NCBI GenBank assembly: GCA_046537785.1
Contig: JBKHKD010000015.1
Span: 846 to 64,845 of the forward strand
From: Actinomycetota bacterium
GTDB lineage: Bacteria; Actinomycetota; Acidimicrobiia; Spongiisociales; ZC4RG35
Direction: 5' to 3'
Length of the DNA stretch: 64,000 nucleotides
Part shown: positions 48,115 to 58,032 of the stretch, one piece after another
Position numbering within the stretch: position 1 is the first letter of the stretch
How the letters are laid out: each line of letters begins with the position of its first letter
Position numbers and translations under genes: made by a program
Notes under the pieces: model-generated
Told to the model about the DNA's origin: nothing
The model's database searches: none
What the model saw: only the letters and a program-made list of their open reading frames with translations

Positions 48115-49944
48115 ATGCCACGCGCCGTAGGTATCGACCTTGGCACAACCAACAGCGTCATCGCCGTCCTCGACGGTGGCGACCCGAATGTCATCGCCAA
48201 CGCCGAGGGTGGACGGACCACCCCATCGATCGTGTCCTTCAAGGACGGGGACGTCCTGGTTGGTGAGGTAGCCAAGCGTCAAGCCATTACCAATCCAGAC
48301 CAAACGGTCCGCTCGGTCAAGCGCCACATCGGCACTGACTGGACCATCGACATCGACGACAAGACCTTCACCGCACAAGAGATCTCCGCGCGCATCCTGA
48401 TGAAATTGAAGAGGGACGCGGAGTCGTATCTCGGTGACACTGTCACCGACGCGGTGATAACGGTCCCCGCCTACTTCAACGACGCCCAGCGCCAGGCGAC
48501 CAAGGAGGCAGGCCAGATCGCGGGACTCAACGTCCTCCGCATCATCAACGAGCCGACCGCCGCATCCCTCGCTTACGGACTCGACAAGAAGTCGGATGAG
48601 ACGATCCTGGTCTTCGACCTCGGTGGAGGCACCTTCGACGTGTCTGTCCTCGAGATTGGCGACGGGGTTTTCGAGGTGAAGGCAACCTCCGGGAACACCC
48701 AACTCGGAGGAGACGACTGGGATGAGGCCATCATCGACTGGCTGGTCAAGAGCTTCAAGGACGACAACGGGGTTGACCTGGCCAAGGACCGCATGGCGGT
48801 CCAGCGTCTCAAGGAGGCTGCCGAGAAGGCCAAGATCGAGTTGTCTTCGGTCGCCGAGACGGAGATCAATCTTCCGTTCATCACGGCCACCGACTCCGGC
48901 CCGCTGCACATGCAGTACAAGCTGACCCGTTCGGAGTTCCAGAAGCTCACCGAGGACCTCCTCGAAAAGACCAGGAGTCCATTCGATCAGGCCATCAAGG
49001 ACGCCGGCATCGACGTCTCCGAGATCGACCACGTCGTGCTCGTCGGCGGTTCCACCCGCATGCCTGCTGTCCAGGAGTTGGTCAAGGAGCTGACGGGCCA
49101 AGACGCCCACAAGGGAGTGAACCCCGATGAGGTCGTGGCGGCTGGAGCCGCCATCCAGGCCGGTGTCCTCAAGGGAGACGTCAAGGACGTGCTCCTGTTG
49201 GACGTCACTCCCCTGACTCTCGGAATCGAGACCAAGGGCGGAGTCATGACCCGGATGATCGAGCGCAACACGACCATCCCGACCAAGCGTTCGGAGATCT
49301 TCACGACCGCGGAGAACAACCAGTCCGAAGTGGAGATCCACGTGCTCCAGGGTGAGCGGACTATGGCAGCCGACAACAACAGTCTCGGCAAATTCCGCCT
49401 CACCGGGATACCACCGGCGCCGATGGGAGTTCCCCAAATCGAGGTCACGTTCGACATCGACGCCAACGGCATCGTCCACGTCAACGCCAAGGACCTCGCC
49501 ACCAACAAGGAACAGCAGATGACCATCACCGGTGGCACTGCCCTCGCCCAGGAGGACATCGACCGGATGGTCAAGGACGCCGAGGAATACGCCGAAGAGG
49601 ACGCCAAGCGCCGTGAGGCGGTGGAGACACGCAATCAGGCCGAGCAGTTGGTCAATCAGACCGACAAGCTGATCGAAGAGTCCGGCGACCAGATGACCGA
49701 CGAGGAAAAGACCGCGGTCGAGGATGCCAAGAGCGCCCTCAACGAAGTCCTCGCGGACACCGAGGCCGACACGGACGAGATCCAGGCCAAGATGGACGAA
49801 CTGGTCTCGGCCAGCCAGGCCATGGCCAGCCGTCTCTACCAGCAGGCGTCCGAGCAACAGGCTGCCGCCGGAGGCGGAGACGAGACGGCTACCGAAGACG
49901 ACGACGTCGTGGAAGCCGAGATCGTTGATGACGAGGATGAATGA
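48115..49944 (+). CDS. dnaK: Chaperone DnaK
   Basis: [31 protein letters not shown]. Confidence 0.99.
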   Translation: MPRAVGIDLGTTNSVIAVLDGGDPNVIANAEGGRTTPSIVSFKDGDVLVGEVAKRQAITNPDQTVRSVKRHIGTDWTIDIDDKTFTAQEISARILMKLKRDAESYLGDTVTDAVITVPAYFNDAQRQATKEAGQIAGLNVLRIINEPTAASLAYGLDKKSDETILVFDLGGGTFDVSVLEIGDGVFEVKATSGNTQLGGDDWDEAIIDWLVKSFKDDNGVDLAKDRMAVQRLKEAAEKAKIELSSVAETEINLPFITATDSGPLHMQYKLTRSEFQKLTEDLLEKTRSPFDQAIKDAGIDVSEIDHVVLVGGSTRMPAVQELVKELTGQDAHKGVNPDEVVAAGAAIQAGVLKGDVKDVLLLDVTPLTLGIETKGGVMTRMIERNTTIPTKRSEIFTTAENNQSEVEIHVLQGERTMAADNNSLGKFRLTGIPPAPMGVPQIEVTFDIDANGIVHVNAKDLATNKEQQMTITGGTALAQEDIDRMVKDAEEYAEEDAKRREAVETRNQAEQLVNQTDKLIEESGDQMTDEEKTAVEDAKSALNEVLADTEADTDEIQAKMDELVSASQAMASRLYQQASEQQAAAGGGDETATEDDDVVEAEIVDDEDE

Positions 49945-50521
49945 CAACGGCGCCGAGAGCACCGAGCAGATAGTCGAAGCCCTCCCTGTCGAAAGGCCCG
50001 ACGAGACTCCAGACCCGCATTCGCTGGGTCTGGAGCTCCCGGAGGACAAGGACGAGGCCATCGGCATGCTGCTGCGTGAGGTGGCGAGCGCTCGTGACGA
50101 GGCCTCGACCTACCTCGACGACCTGAAGCGGGTGGCGGCCGACTTCGACAACTACCGCAAGCGAACCACCCGCGACAGCAGTGAGATGTTCGAACGTGCC
50201 ACCGAGAAGGTGGTCCGAAGCCTGATGCCGGTCCTCGACACGTTCGACGCGGCTGTTGACGCGGAACCGAAGACCGACACCGAGAAACAGCTCTACTCGG
50301 GGATGCTGAACACCCGCGAGCAGCTGCTCAACGCCTTGAAGGATCAGGGTCTCGAAGTGATATCCACCATCGACGAGGCATTCGATCCCGAGGTCCATGA
50401 ACCAGTTGGTGCGCCGGACCGCGACGGTGATCTCGTCGTCACCGAGGAGCTCCGTCGGGGTTACCGGCTGAACGGCAAGGTGCTCCGGGCCGCGTTAGTG
50501 GTGGTGGAAGCTAACTCATGA
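49937..50521 (+). CDS. grpE: Nucleotide exchange factor GrpE
   Basis: [26 protein letters not shown]; operon position. Confidence 0.95.
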   Translation: MNDNGAESTEQIVEALPVERPDETPDPHSLGLELPEDKDEAIGMLLREVASARDEASTYLDDLKRVAADFDNYRKRTTRDSSEMFERATEKVVRSLMPVLDTFDAAVDAEPKTDTEKQLYSGMLNTREQLLNALKDQGLEVISTIDEAFDPEVHEPVGAPDRDGDLVVTEELRRGYRLNGKVLRAALVVVEANS

Positions 50522-51651
50522 ATCGGGACTGGGTAGACAAGGACTTCTACGAGGTACTCGGGATCTCCGAGACGGCTACGGCCGAGGAGGTCAAGAAGGC
50601 CTATCGAAAGCTCGCCCAGACCCACCATCCCGATGCCAATCCCGACGACCCCGAGGCCGAGCAGAAGTTCAAGGAGATCTCCGAGGCCTACGCCATCCTC
50701 TCCGACCCCGAACAGCGCAAGGAGTACGACCAGGTACGCCGTCTCGCATCGTCGGGCCAATTCCAGGGTTTCGGCGGTAGCGGATCGGGAGGTTTCGGCG
50801 GGTTCGGAGGTCAGCAGGTACGGGTGGAAGATCTCGAAGATCTGCTGGGTGGATTCGGCGGGCTCGGCGACCTGTTCGGCTTCGGAGGGGGATCCCAGTC
50901 GGGCTCCCGCCCCCGCAAGGGCGCGGACCTGACGACCGAGCTCACCATCGGGTTCGAAGACGCCGCGTTCGGCGTCACCACCGAGGTGACGGTGGAAGGC
51001 GCAGCCACATGTTCGAAGTGCCAGGGGTCCGGTGCCGAGCCCGGTTCGTCGGTCACGACGTGTCCTACCTGCGGCGGCCGCGGGATGGTCGCACAGAACC
51101 AGGGCTTCTTCTCGTTCTCCCAGGCCTGCCCCCAATGTGGCGGCTCGGGGAGGCTGATCGAGGAGAAATGCTCCAAGTGCAGGGGCACGGGCTCGGAGAA
51201 CAGGCGACGCAAGGTGAAGCTACGCGTCCCCGCCGGAGTCAAGGACGGCCAAACACTCCGTCTGCGCGGCAAAGGCGCTCCGGGCTCGTCCGGCGGACCG
51301 CCAGGAGATCTGCTGGTCCGCATCCGGGTCGCGCCCAGTCAGAAATTCGGCCGAAAGGGAAACGACCTCACCCTGAAAGTCCCGATCACCTACAGCGAGG
51401 CGGCTCTGGGCACCAAGATCGACGTTCCCACCCTGAACGGAGGCGTGAAGGTGAAGATCCCCTCCGGCACTCCTTCAGGTAAGACGTTCCGGGTCAAGGG
51501 GAAGGGGATCAACCCCGAGCGCGGCCGTCCGGGTGACCTTCTGGTGACCGTCGAAGTGGCCGTGCCCAAGAAGGTCAGCAAGGACGAGAAGAAGCTCCTC
51601 GAAGAACTGTCCCAGCTGGAGACCGATGACATCCGGTCACATCTGAGATGA
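50518..51651 (+). CDS. dnaJ: Chaperone DnaJ
   Basis: HPD J-domain, G/F region, four CxxCxGxG repeats. Confidence 0.98.
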   Translation: MNRDWVDKDFYEVLGISETATAEEVKKAYRKLAQTHHPDANPDDPEAEQKFKEISEAYAILSDPEQRKEYDQVRRLASSGQFQGFGGSGSGGFGGFGGQQVRVEDLEDLLGGFGGLGDLFGFGGGSQSGSRPRKGADLTTELTIGFEDAAFGVTTEVTVEGAATCSKCQGSGAEPGSSVTTCPTCGGRGMVAQNQGFFSFSQACPQCGGSGRLIEEKCSKCRGTGSENRRRKVKLRVPAGVKDGQTLRLRGKGAPGSSGGPPGDLLVRIRVAPSQKFGRKGNDLTLKVPITYSEAALGTKIDVPTLNGGVKVKIPSGTPSGKTFRVKGKGINPERGRPGDLLVTVEVAVPKKVSKDEKKLLEELSQLETDDIRSHLR

Positions 51652-51663
51652 TGGTTGAACAAA

Positions 51664-52041
51664 ATGACTGACTCGACACGCGCCGTGTTCGTCATCTCGG
51701 TGGCAGCCGAGCTGGCCGGGATGCACCCACAGACCCTGCGCATCTACGAGCGCAAAGGTCTCATCGACCCTTTCCGCACCCCGGGAGGCACCCGCCGCTA
51801 CTCCCAGGATGACATCGAACGTCTCCAGTTGATTCAGGACATGACCGCGGAAGGGATGAACCTCGAGGGCGTGAAGCGGGTACTCGCACTCCAGGAGGAA
51901 AACAAGCGTCTCAAGAGAAAGCTCGACCGGCTGCGCGACAAGATCGAAGAGATGGAAGAGGCGGAGGAAGCCGCCGGCCGTCCGGCCGACATCGTTCTCA
52001 GGAGCCAGGTCCGCACTATCTACGGCAAGGGCCGCCGCTGA
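51664..52041 (+). CDS. hspR: Heat-shock repressor HspR (MerR family)
   Basis: ISVAAELAGMHPQTLRIYER; directly after dnaJ. Confidence 0.95.
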   Translation: MTDSTRAVFVISVAAELAGMHPQTLRIYERKGLIDPFRTPGGTRRYSQDDIERLQLIQDMTAEGMNLEGVKRVLALQEENKRLKRKLDRLRDKIEEMEEAEEAAGRPADIVLRSQVRTIYGKGRR

Positions 52042-52313
52042 TGGCCGACTCATACGAGGGACCCGTCAGGATCATGGGTGGTGACGGGATCTTGCTCACC
52101 ACGGGCCAGGCCAACCTCGCGACCGACACCGAGCTCGGGAACTGGAAGGGCGTTGTTCAGACCCTCCGGGGCACCGCTGTCGCCGGCAAGGCACTCGTCG
52201 TCGAGTTGGAGATCCCGGAGGGAGGACGAGCCAGGGCCCAACTCACACCACTTCGGGAGGTCGATGAGTGGGCTCAGTCGACCGTCACCGGTTTCGGCGA
52301 ACCGCCGTTCTGA
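52041..52313 (+). CDS. Small hypothetical protein (DUF4873-like)
   Basis: YEGP…W.G…TGFGEPPF end; TGATG-coupled to hspR. Confidence 0.65.
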   Translation: MADSYEGPVRIMGGDGILLTTGQANLATDTELGNWKGVVQTLRGTAVAGKALVVELEIPEGGRARAQLTPLREVDEWAQSTVTGFGEPPF

Positions 52314-52433
52314 GCCTGCGCGCCGCCTGGTCGGCTGGCTCGGTGTGATCTGGGCTCCAGCAAACCGGCCTTGTCGATCTCGGTGCGTCTTGGATTCGAA
52401 ATCGACACCGAAGACGAAGTCGTGGTATTCCCC

Positions 52434-52898
52434 CTAACAGGTGACTTCGAGGCTGACGTCGACCTGCTCTCCGTCGTGGCCCATAGTTCCCGAGTAGACG
52501 AATCCGTCGGAGGTGATCTCGTCGGCCTCACCCGAACCGGTCCCGGCGTACTCCTCTCCATCAAGCACCGCACTGAAATTGATGCCTCCGTCGCCGCGGT
52601 CGATGAACTGGACCCAGTCTCCGGTCTGGGTGGTCTCGTCCGCCTGGAAGTGCGCCCAAACCGGCATACCCCCACCGATCGTGCACGTCGTCCACTCGTT
52701 GGCCTCCCACTGGTGGACGTCGGAGCCAACTGTCAGCGTCGCCCGGGCATCCGAGGAGGCATTCGAGCCCGACTCGAATGCCTCCTCGCCATCCGCCGGG
52801 CCCGAATCGACAGCACCCACTGCGTCCGAAATGTCACCCCCACACGCGGCCAGGACCAGGACAAAACTTACAATTGCTGTCATACCGACCCTTCTCAT
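52434..52898 (-). CDS. Hypothetical lipoprotein
   Basis: Lipobox VLAAC after SD AGGAG; C-terminal part of ORF 52434..53588. Confidence 0.75.
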   Translation of the reverse strand: MRRVGMTAIVSFVLVLAACGGDISDAVGAVDSGPADGEEAFESGSNASSDARATLTVGSDVHQWEANEWTTCTIGGGMPVWAHFQADETTQTGDWVQFIDRGDGGINFSAVLDGEEYAGTGSGEADEITSDGFVYSGTMGHDGEQVDVSLEVTC

Positions 52899-52924
52899 AC
52901 CGACTCTCCTAGCTCCTGTTCTCG

Positions 52925-53290
52925 TCACACCTGGTCGAGCTTGCGGACCACCCGCATCACCAGACCCTCGACGACCGACCAGCCGGCAAGGGCCACGAGC
53001 ATCACCGGGTTGAAGCCCTCGCCCGCCATGGCCCCGATCTCGCCACCGGCGAACCAGGAGCCGAACCCGCTGCCGACTCCCTGGACGGGAGCCGCGAGCA
53101 GGTCGCTCCACATGACGATCAACCCGCCCCATGAGCTCCCCTCGGGGATCACGCCGAGGTCGAGGAGGATGCGAGCCACGAGGATCAATTGGATCAGCGC
53201 AAACGCCAGCAACACCAAACGACGCAGGAGACGGGAGAGATCGAACCCGCGTGAGCGTGGCTGTGCCTGGGAGCCGGACCAGTTCAGCAT
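52925..53290 (-). CDS. Small membrane protein (YggT-like)
   Basis: Hydrophobic helices, SDLLAAPVQG motif. Confidence 0.6.
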   Translation of the reverse strand: MLNWSGSQAQPRSRGFDLSRLLRRLVLLAFALIQLILVARILLDLGVIPEGSSWGGLIVMWSDLLAAPVQGVGSGFGSWFAGGEIGAMAGEGFNPVMLVALAGWSVVEGLVMRVVRKLDQV

Positions 53291-53708
53291 TCTTCGTTGA
53301 TCTCGGACGGGATCTCCAGGTCGAAGGTGACATCGACGGTGGCGGCACCTTCGTCGGGCCAGATCTGCTGGAGCCCGTCCAGAGAGCCGGTGACCTTGTT
53401 GTCGTCACGTACGAGCGGCGCCGACGCAAGCTCCGTCTGTTCCCCTGTCTCCTCGTTCTGGAGATGCCAATTGCCGTCGTTTCCCACGATGAGCTCACCC
53501 TCGCCATCGACTGCATACCCGATCGCATAGAAGCGTCCCGAACCGAAGAAGTCGGGATCGCAGGTCTCGAAAGTGAGATCGTCGGCACCTTCAGCCGGTG
53601 AGAACGTCACGTCGTCGAGGTCGTAGGTGGTGGGCTCGCCATCGATGCTGATCACTGCAGAGCGCTCGCCCCCAAGGCCGCCAGAAATCGCTTGAGCTCC
53701 CAACCCAT
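53284..53708 (-). pseudogene. Secreted-protein remnant with internal deletion/frameshift
   Basis: SD plus ATG 53708 gives a signal-like MGWELKRFLAALGASAL then a stop. The acidic domain SAVISIDGEPTTYDL… continues in another frame. Confidence 0.55.
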
Positions 53709-53861
53709 CTCCGTCTCCCTGTATTCGAGTCCAACACGGTGGCGGAGAACCGCCACCCGGCTCCGCGCCAGCCGGGGACAACCCGCCTCCCGTGTAATTC
53801 GGAGCCAGACAAACCCCATTCCTCGATCAGAGAATGTACGAAAAGACGTCGCAGGACGTAA

Positions 53862-53889
53862 TACTCAAATAGGTGGTCGGAATTACTCA
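53862..53889 (-). promoter_or_regulatory. Direct repeat TGAGTA-N16-TGAGTA, putative LAL operator
   Basis: TACTCA at 53862 and 53884 (22-bp period); same motif at 56518/56540. Confidence 0.55.
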
Positions 53890-53917
53890 TTTCCGCCAGG
53901 GCCGCGCTTTTGCCCGG

Positions 53918-56473
53918 CTATCCCACGAGGTCGGCCAACTCTCCCCGTCCACCTACGTTCAGCTTGCGATAGACCGAGCGGAGATGGTTGTCGACCGTCC
54001 GCCCCGAAATAAAGAACTCCTCGGCTATTTGAGGGCTGGTCAGACCGGATGCGGCACGAATTGCCACTTCCATCTCCCGTGACGTGACGAGCTGTGGGCG
54101 GTGACGCAGGGCTGGTGTGTCAGGGGCCTCGCATCGTTGCTCAAAGACGTGTGACAAGACAGATGCTCTCGCCGCCTGTGTGAGATCCCCCTGTTCGTAG
54201 ATGATGGCGGCCAGCTGTCCGAACACCTCTGCCGCCAGAAGGGGAGCCCCGAGCTCGCCGAATGCTCTCGCCACCTCATCCAACTCTGTCACATCGCGCA
54301 GAACGAGGGCTTCGGCGTGCCGCTTCATCAGCGACAGGAGAACTGCCCCCCTGGAGTCGTCGATCGCCCTGAGATCGTCGATGGCGAGCGCGGGAAGTCC
54401 CAGTCGAACTGCGTCGTGGAAGCAGAGCGCGGCCCAAGCGAAGTGCTCCCTCGACGCGGCCGACCGCCCACCGGACACCGCAATACTCGCTCCTTCTTCG
54501 ATTCGGCCAGCCGCAGCGGCCGACCAGGTTCGCCCTCTGTCCCACCAGACCGCGATACGGGGCGCTTCGGCAGGCCGCTCCCCTTCGATCGTCCCGGAAG
54601 CAGTCTCGGCGCCCATCTGCCCAAGTGTCATCGAAAGCAGGCCGATGGCTTGATCTTCCAGTCCGAACGGATCTGCCTTCCTATACAGCTCGAGGGCCTC
54701 CCGGGCCGCAGAAGAGGCATGCTCCAGTAGTCCGGCAAGATCGAGACCTAAGCAAGATGCGGCCAGCCACGTGGCCATCAACGCTCCACCTCGATCGCTT
54801 CGATCGATCGCGCGGGAGGCCAGGCCGTTCGCTTCATCGATTTCACCGGCACTCAGCAGGCTGCAGAACCACATAATCTCGATCTGGTCGCGAGCGAAAG
54901 GAAGAGAGGCCCGATTGTCCTCTGCCAACTCGACGGCCTCGCTGACCACGCCTTTCAGGCTGTGGCAATCACCCATCATCGCCTGCGCCAGAGTCAGGGT
55001 CACGTAGGCAGCCACCCGGGCGACATCGCTGGACTCGTCGTCAGACAGCACCGCTCGACTTGCCGATCGCGCGTCGACGAAGTCGCCACTGATTGCCGAC
55101 ACCATGCCTCTTTCGTTGTTGAGCCTCGCCCTCATCGCTGGATCATCGATTCGCGACACACCGGCAGCCAATAGATCACGCGCCTCGGTGCTCCGACCAA
55201 GTCCAAATCCGAGGTTCTGAGCGCGTATCGAGACGAGCTCTCCCTCAAAAGGAGAGCCCTCAACCGGCCTTTTGCTCAAGACCTGCTCGGCCTCTTCGAA
55301 ACGCTGCTGATAGCTGAGAGCGCGGCCGAGAATCAGGAGACTTCGATCGTCTTCGATTCCAGCAGGACGGACCAGTGTCTCGGCGAGTTCCGGTTCGTGG
55401 CGGATCAGCGCCTCCCAAGCTCCGCCGTGAGCGAGTTCTTCCGAGATGACTTCTCCCGACCGGCTCTGCCAGACGGCGACGCGCAACTGATCAGGTATCA
55501 ACCCGTTTCCGACCGCTTCCTCGACCAATCTGCGATAGGCATTCCGACGCCGGGATTCCGTCAGGTTTGCTGCAAGGATCTCACCGTACAGCGGGTGTGC
55601 CGGCAGCAACGCCGGTTCGCCGCCCGTGCTGGCAACGCTCACCAGTCCCCGGTCCTCCAGTTCATGGAACTCGCCAATCGCCGACTTGGCCAGGGGGAGC
55701 GAAAGGGGAGCTCCCAAAGCCACCACAGCCATGGCCTCTTTCGCCTGGTCGGTGAGCACGCTCAATCGGGATGCAACCAGATCTGCGAGACGGGCAGACT
55801 CGGCGAGTGGCCCGATGAGGGTCCATCTCCCCTCGTCGTCACGGACGATCGTCTTGTCTCGTGAGCCCTCGAGAAGTTCATGCAACAGGAGAGGATTTCC
55901 GCGCCCAAGCTGCCAAAGCTGCTCCTCTAGAGCAGGCGTCAGCGTCCCGAGGGCGGATTCGGCCAGCCTCCTCGACTGTGTGCGTGTCAAAGGGCTCAGA
56001 TCGATTCGAGCGATGACCCCATTGGTCCAGAGATCGACCAGGTCGGGCATCATTGTCATGCCCGACCGTGCAGTCATGGCTACCAGCGCCCCGCCGACTT
56101 CGACCGCTCCAACGAGAAATGCAAGTGAAGTCTCATCGAGATGATGGGCGTCATCGACCGATATCAGCAGGCCGCGCTGGGTCTTGTACTCGTCGAGGGC
56201 CCGGCGAGCACTCCCCAGCATGGTCAGTCGATCCTCGGTTGGGCCTTCGGGCAGGAGTTCGACGAAAGGGGCGAATGGGATCGAGCGTGTCGACTCGGAG
56301 GCGACGGCTCGGATGATCGCCATCCCGTCCTTTTCCGCCCGGCCGACCAGTTCGTGCAGAAATCTGCTCTTACCGACACCCGAGGACCCGAGGATCGCGA
56401 TTCCCGTCCCGGACGCGATCAGGCCCGCAGTCCGGTCCAGATCGGATTCGCGTCCCAACAGAGGCCAATTCAC
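53918..56473 (-). CDS. Large ATP-binding LuxR (LAL/MalT-like) transcriptional regulator
   Basis: WPLLGRE, Walker A GSSGVGKS, VDDAH, GNPL, C-terminal LuxR HTH; leaderless GTG 7 nt after TAGATT. Confidence 0.92.
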   Translation of the reverse strand: MNWPLLGRESDLDRTAGLIASGTGIAILGSSGVGKSRFLHELVGRAEKDGMAIIRAVASESTRSIPFAPFVELLPEGPTEDRLTMLGSARRALDEYKTQRGLLISVDDAHHLDETSLAFLVGAVEVGGALVAMTARSGMTMMPDLVDLWTNGVIARIDLSPLTRTQSRRLAESALGTLTPALEEQLWQLGRGNPLLLHELLEGSRDKTIVRDDEGRWTLIGPLAESARLADLVASRLSVLTDQAKEAMAVVALGAPLSLPLAKSAIGEFHELEDRGLVSVASTGGEPALLPAHPLYGEILAANLTESRRRNAYRRLVEEAVGNGLIPDQLRVAVWQSRSGEVISEELAHGGAWEALIRHEPELAETLVRPAGIEDDRSLLILGRALSYQQRFEEAEQVLSKRPVEGSPFEGELVSIRAQNLGFGLGRSTEARDLLAAGVSRIDDPAMRARLNNERGMVSAISGDFVDARSASRAVLSDDESSDVARVAAYVTLTLAQAMMGDCHSLKGVVSEAVELAEDNRASLPFARDQIEIMWFCSLLSAGEIDEANGLASRAIDRSDRGGALMATWLAASCLGLDLAGLLEHASSAAREALELYRKADPFGLEDQAIGLLSMTLGQMGAETASGTIEGERPAEAPRIAVWWDRGRTWSAAAAGRIEEGASIAVSGGRSAASREHFAWAALCFHDAVRLGLPALAIDDLRAIDDSRGAVLLSLMKRHAEALVLRDVTELDEVARAFGELGAPLLAAEVFGQLAAIIYEQGDLTQAARASVLSHVFEQRCEAPDTPALRHRPQLVTSREMEVAIRAASGLTSPQIAEEFFISGRTVDNHLRSVYRKLNVGGRGELADLVG

Positions 56474-56517
56474 TATGGCGAATCTAAGGGAACCACGCGC
56501 CAAGAGAGACTGAAAAA

Positions 56518-56545
56518 TGAGTAGCAAGCCGTCGGGGAGTGAGTA
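56518..56545 (+). promoter_or_regulatory. Direct repeat TGAGTA-N16-TGAGTA, putative LAL operator
   Basis: TGAGTA at 56518 and 56540 upstream of the DUF3179 gene. Confidence 0.55.
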
Positions 56546-56591
56546 TCCCCTCGATTTATGTCCAGCTGACGACCACCGACCTACCTTTGCC

Positions 56592-57956
56592 ATGATGCAT
56601 CATGTACTCGTCGTCGGGATGCTCCTTCTTGCCGCCTGCACCGGAGTTGAACGAGCATCGACCACGACCGACGCTGCCAACCTGGCTGACGTCGGATCAA
56701 CGACGACGGTACCCGCAGTCGCGGTGCCGGAGGGGCCATTGCCTCCCGCTGCTACGGCAGCTGTGGACAACGTCCTTGAAGACGTCCTGTCTACCGATTG
56801 GGATGTTGGCTCTGTGGATGCCCTCGCCAAGGCTGGCGACATCCGCACCGCATGGCTCATCGCAGATCTGCTGCGCTTCTATCAAGTCGGCGAAGAGGCG
56901 GAGGCACTTACGGCGGCTTTCGTCGAACTGACCGACATAGAGGCCGATCCCAATGGGGTTGCTTTCGTGTGGACTACGAATCACCTCATTTCCATCGATC
57001 TCCCGGCCTGGGACGGCTATCCCGCGGCGAAGCAGCAGATCTTCGGTCCGCTCGAAGCCACCTGGGACCGTTTCTTCGAAGAGGACCACCGGATGGACTG
57101 GCGGTTAGTCACCTGGGGAGGAGTCGCACCGGACACGCGGCCGCTCGACGACAACGGCGACTGCCAATGCATTCCTGCTCTCGACCATCCCGAGACAACG
57201 GACGCCTCAGCTGGCGATTGGTACGAGGACGACCGGGTCGTTTTCGGGGTCGTCCTTGGCGACGACGCCATCGCCCTGCCCAAACATCAGATGGAGGTCC
57301 ACGAGATGGTGCACGTCACCCTCGATGGGCGCGAGCTCGGCATCCCCTACTGCACGCTCTGTGGTTCGGCGCAGGCCTATTACGTGGACGACGTACCGGG
57401 CATCGACCGCGCAGTCCTGCGTACCTCAGGGCTGCTCAAACGCTCCAACAAGCTGATGTACGACCTGACCACGGGATCTGCCATCGACACGTTCACCGGC
57501 GAAGCGCTCACCGGGCCCCTAACGGATGGTGAGGTAACCCTTGAACAGGTTTCGGTCGTGGCCTCCACGTGGGGAAACTGGAAAGAGGCGCATCCCGACA
57601 CCCGCATCGTTGCCGAAGATGGAGGAGTTGGGCGCACCTACGTGGACGACCCGCTACAGGGACGTGACGCGGCCGGGCCTATCTTCCCCGTCGGTGACGT
57701 CGACCCTCGACTGTCGACTCAGGGGAAGGTCGTAGGGGTCATCGCGCCGGACGGCACTCCGATCGCCTTTCCCGTTGCGGAGACCAGGGCGGCCCTGTCA
57801 GATGGTCCCTTCGAGTTCGAGGGCCTGACAGTGCGTCTCGATGACTCGATCAGGGTCTTTGACTCCGAAGGCACCGAAGTGGTCAGCCACGAGGCGTATT
57901 GGTTCGCCTGGAGCCAATTTCACGAAGGAACCCTGCTGTGGGAACCGGACGGATGA
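56592..57956 (+). CDS. DUF3179 domain lipoprotein
   Basis: Lipobox LLAAC, WGGV…IPALD, HEMV, YCTLCGS, SGLL…NKLMYD, YWFAW. Confidence 0.88.
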   Translation: MMHHVLVVGMLLLAACTGVERASTTTDAANLADVGSTTTVPAVAVPEGPLPPAATAAVDNVLEDVLSTDWDVGSVDALAKAGDIRTAWLIADLLRFYQVGEEAEALTAAFVELTDIEADPNGVAFVWTTNHLISIDLPAWDGYPAAKQQIFGPLEATWDRFFEEDHRMDWRLVTWGGVAPDTRPLDDNGDCQCIPALDHPETTDASAGDWYEDDRVVFGVVLGDDAIALPKHQMEVHEMVHVTLDGRELGIPYCTLCGSAQAYYVDDVPGIDRAVLRTSGLLKRSNKLMYDLTTGSAIDTFTGEALTGPLTDGEVTLEQVSVVASTWGNWKEAHPDTRIVAEDGGVGRTYVDDPLQGRDAAGPIFPVGDVDPRLSTQGKVVGVIAPDGTPIAFPVAETRAALSDGPFEFEGLTVRLDDSIRVFDSEGTEVVSHEAYWFAWSQFHEGTLLWEPDG

Positions 57957-57968
57957 GCTGACCAGCGG

Positions 57969-58022
57969 TTCTGTGAGTAGAAATCTCCGGTTACCGGTTA
58001 CCGGAAGAGAATCTTCACAGAA
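57969..58022. repeat. Imperfect palindrome (REP-like) between convergent genes
   Basis: TTCTGTGA…TCCGGT…ACCGGA…TCACAGAA followed by GCGG, ends like the 22859 element. Confidence 0.6.
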
Positions 58023-58032
58023 GCGGTACTGG

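Noticed and set aside
47974-50067. 697-aa ORF antisense to dnaK
   Set aside because: Well-known antisense shadow ORF of dnaK (often mislabelled glutamate dehydrogenase), produced by codon bias.
56592-57956. Selenocysteine recoding in DUF3179, MsrA or MsrB
   Set aside because: All have Cys codons at the redox positions and no in-frame TGA.
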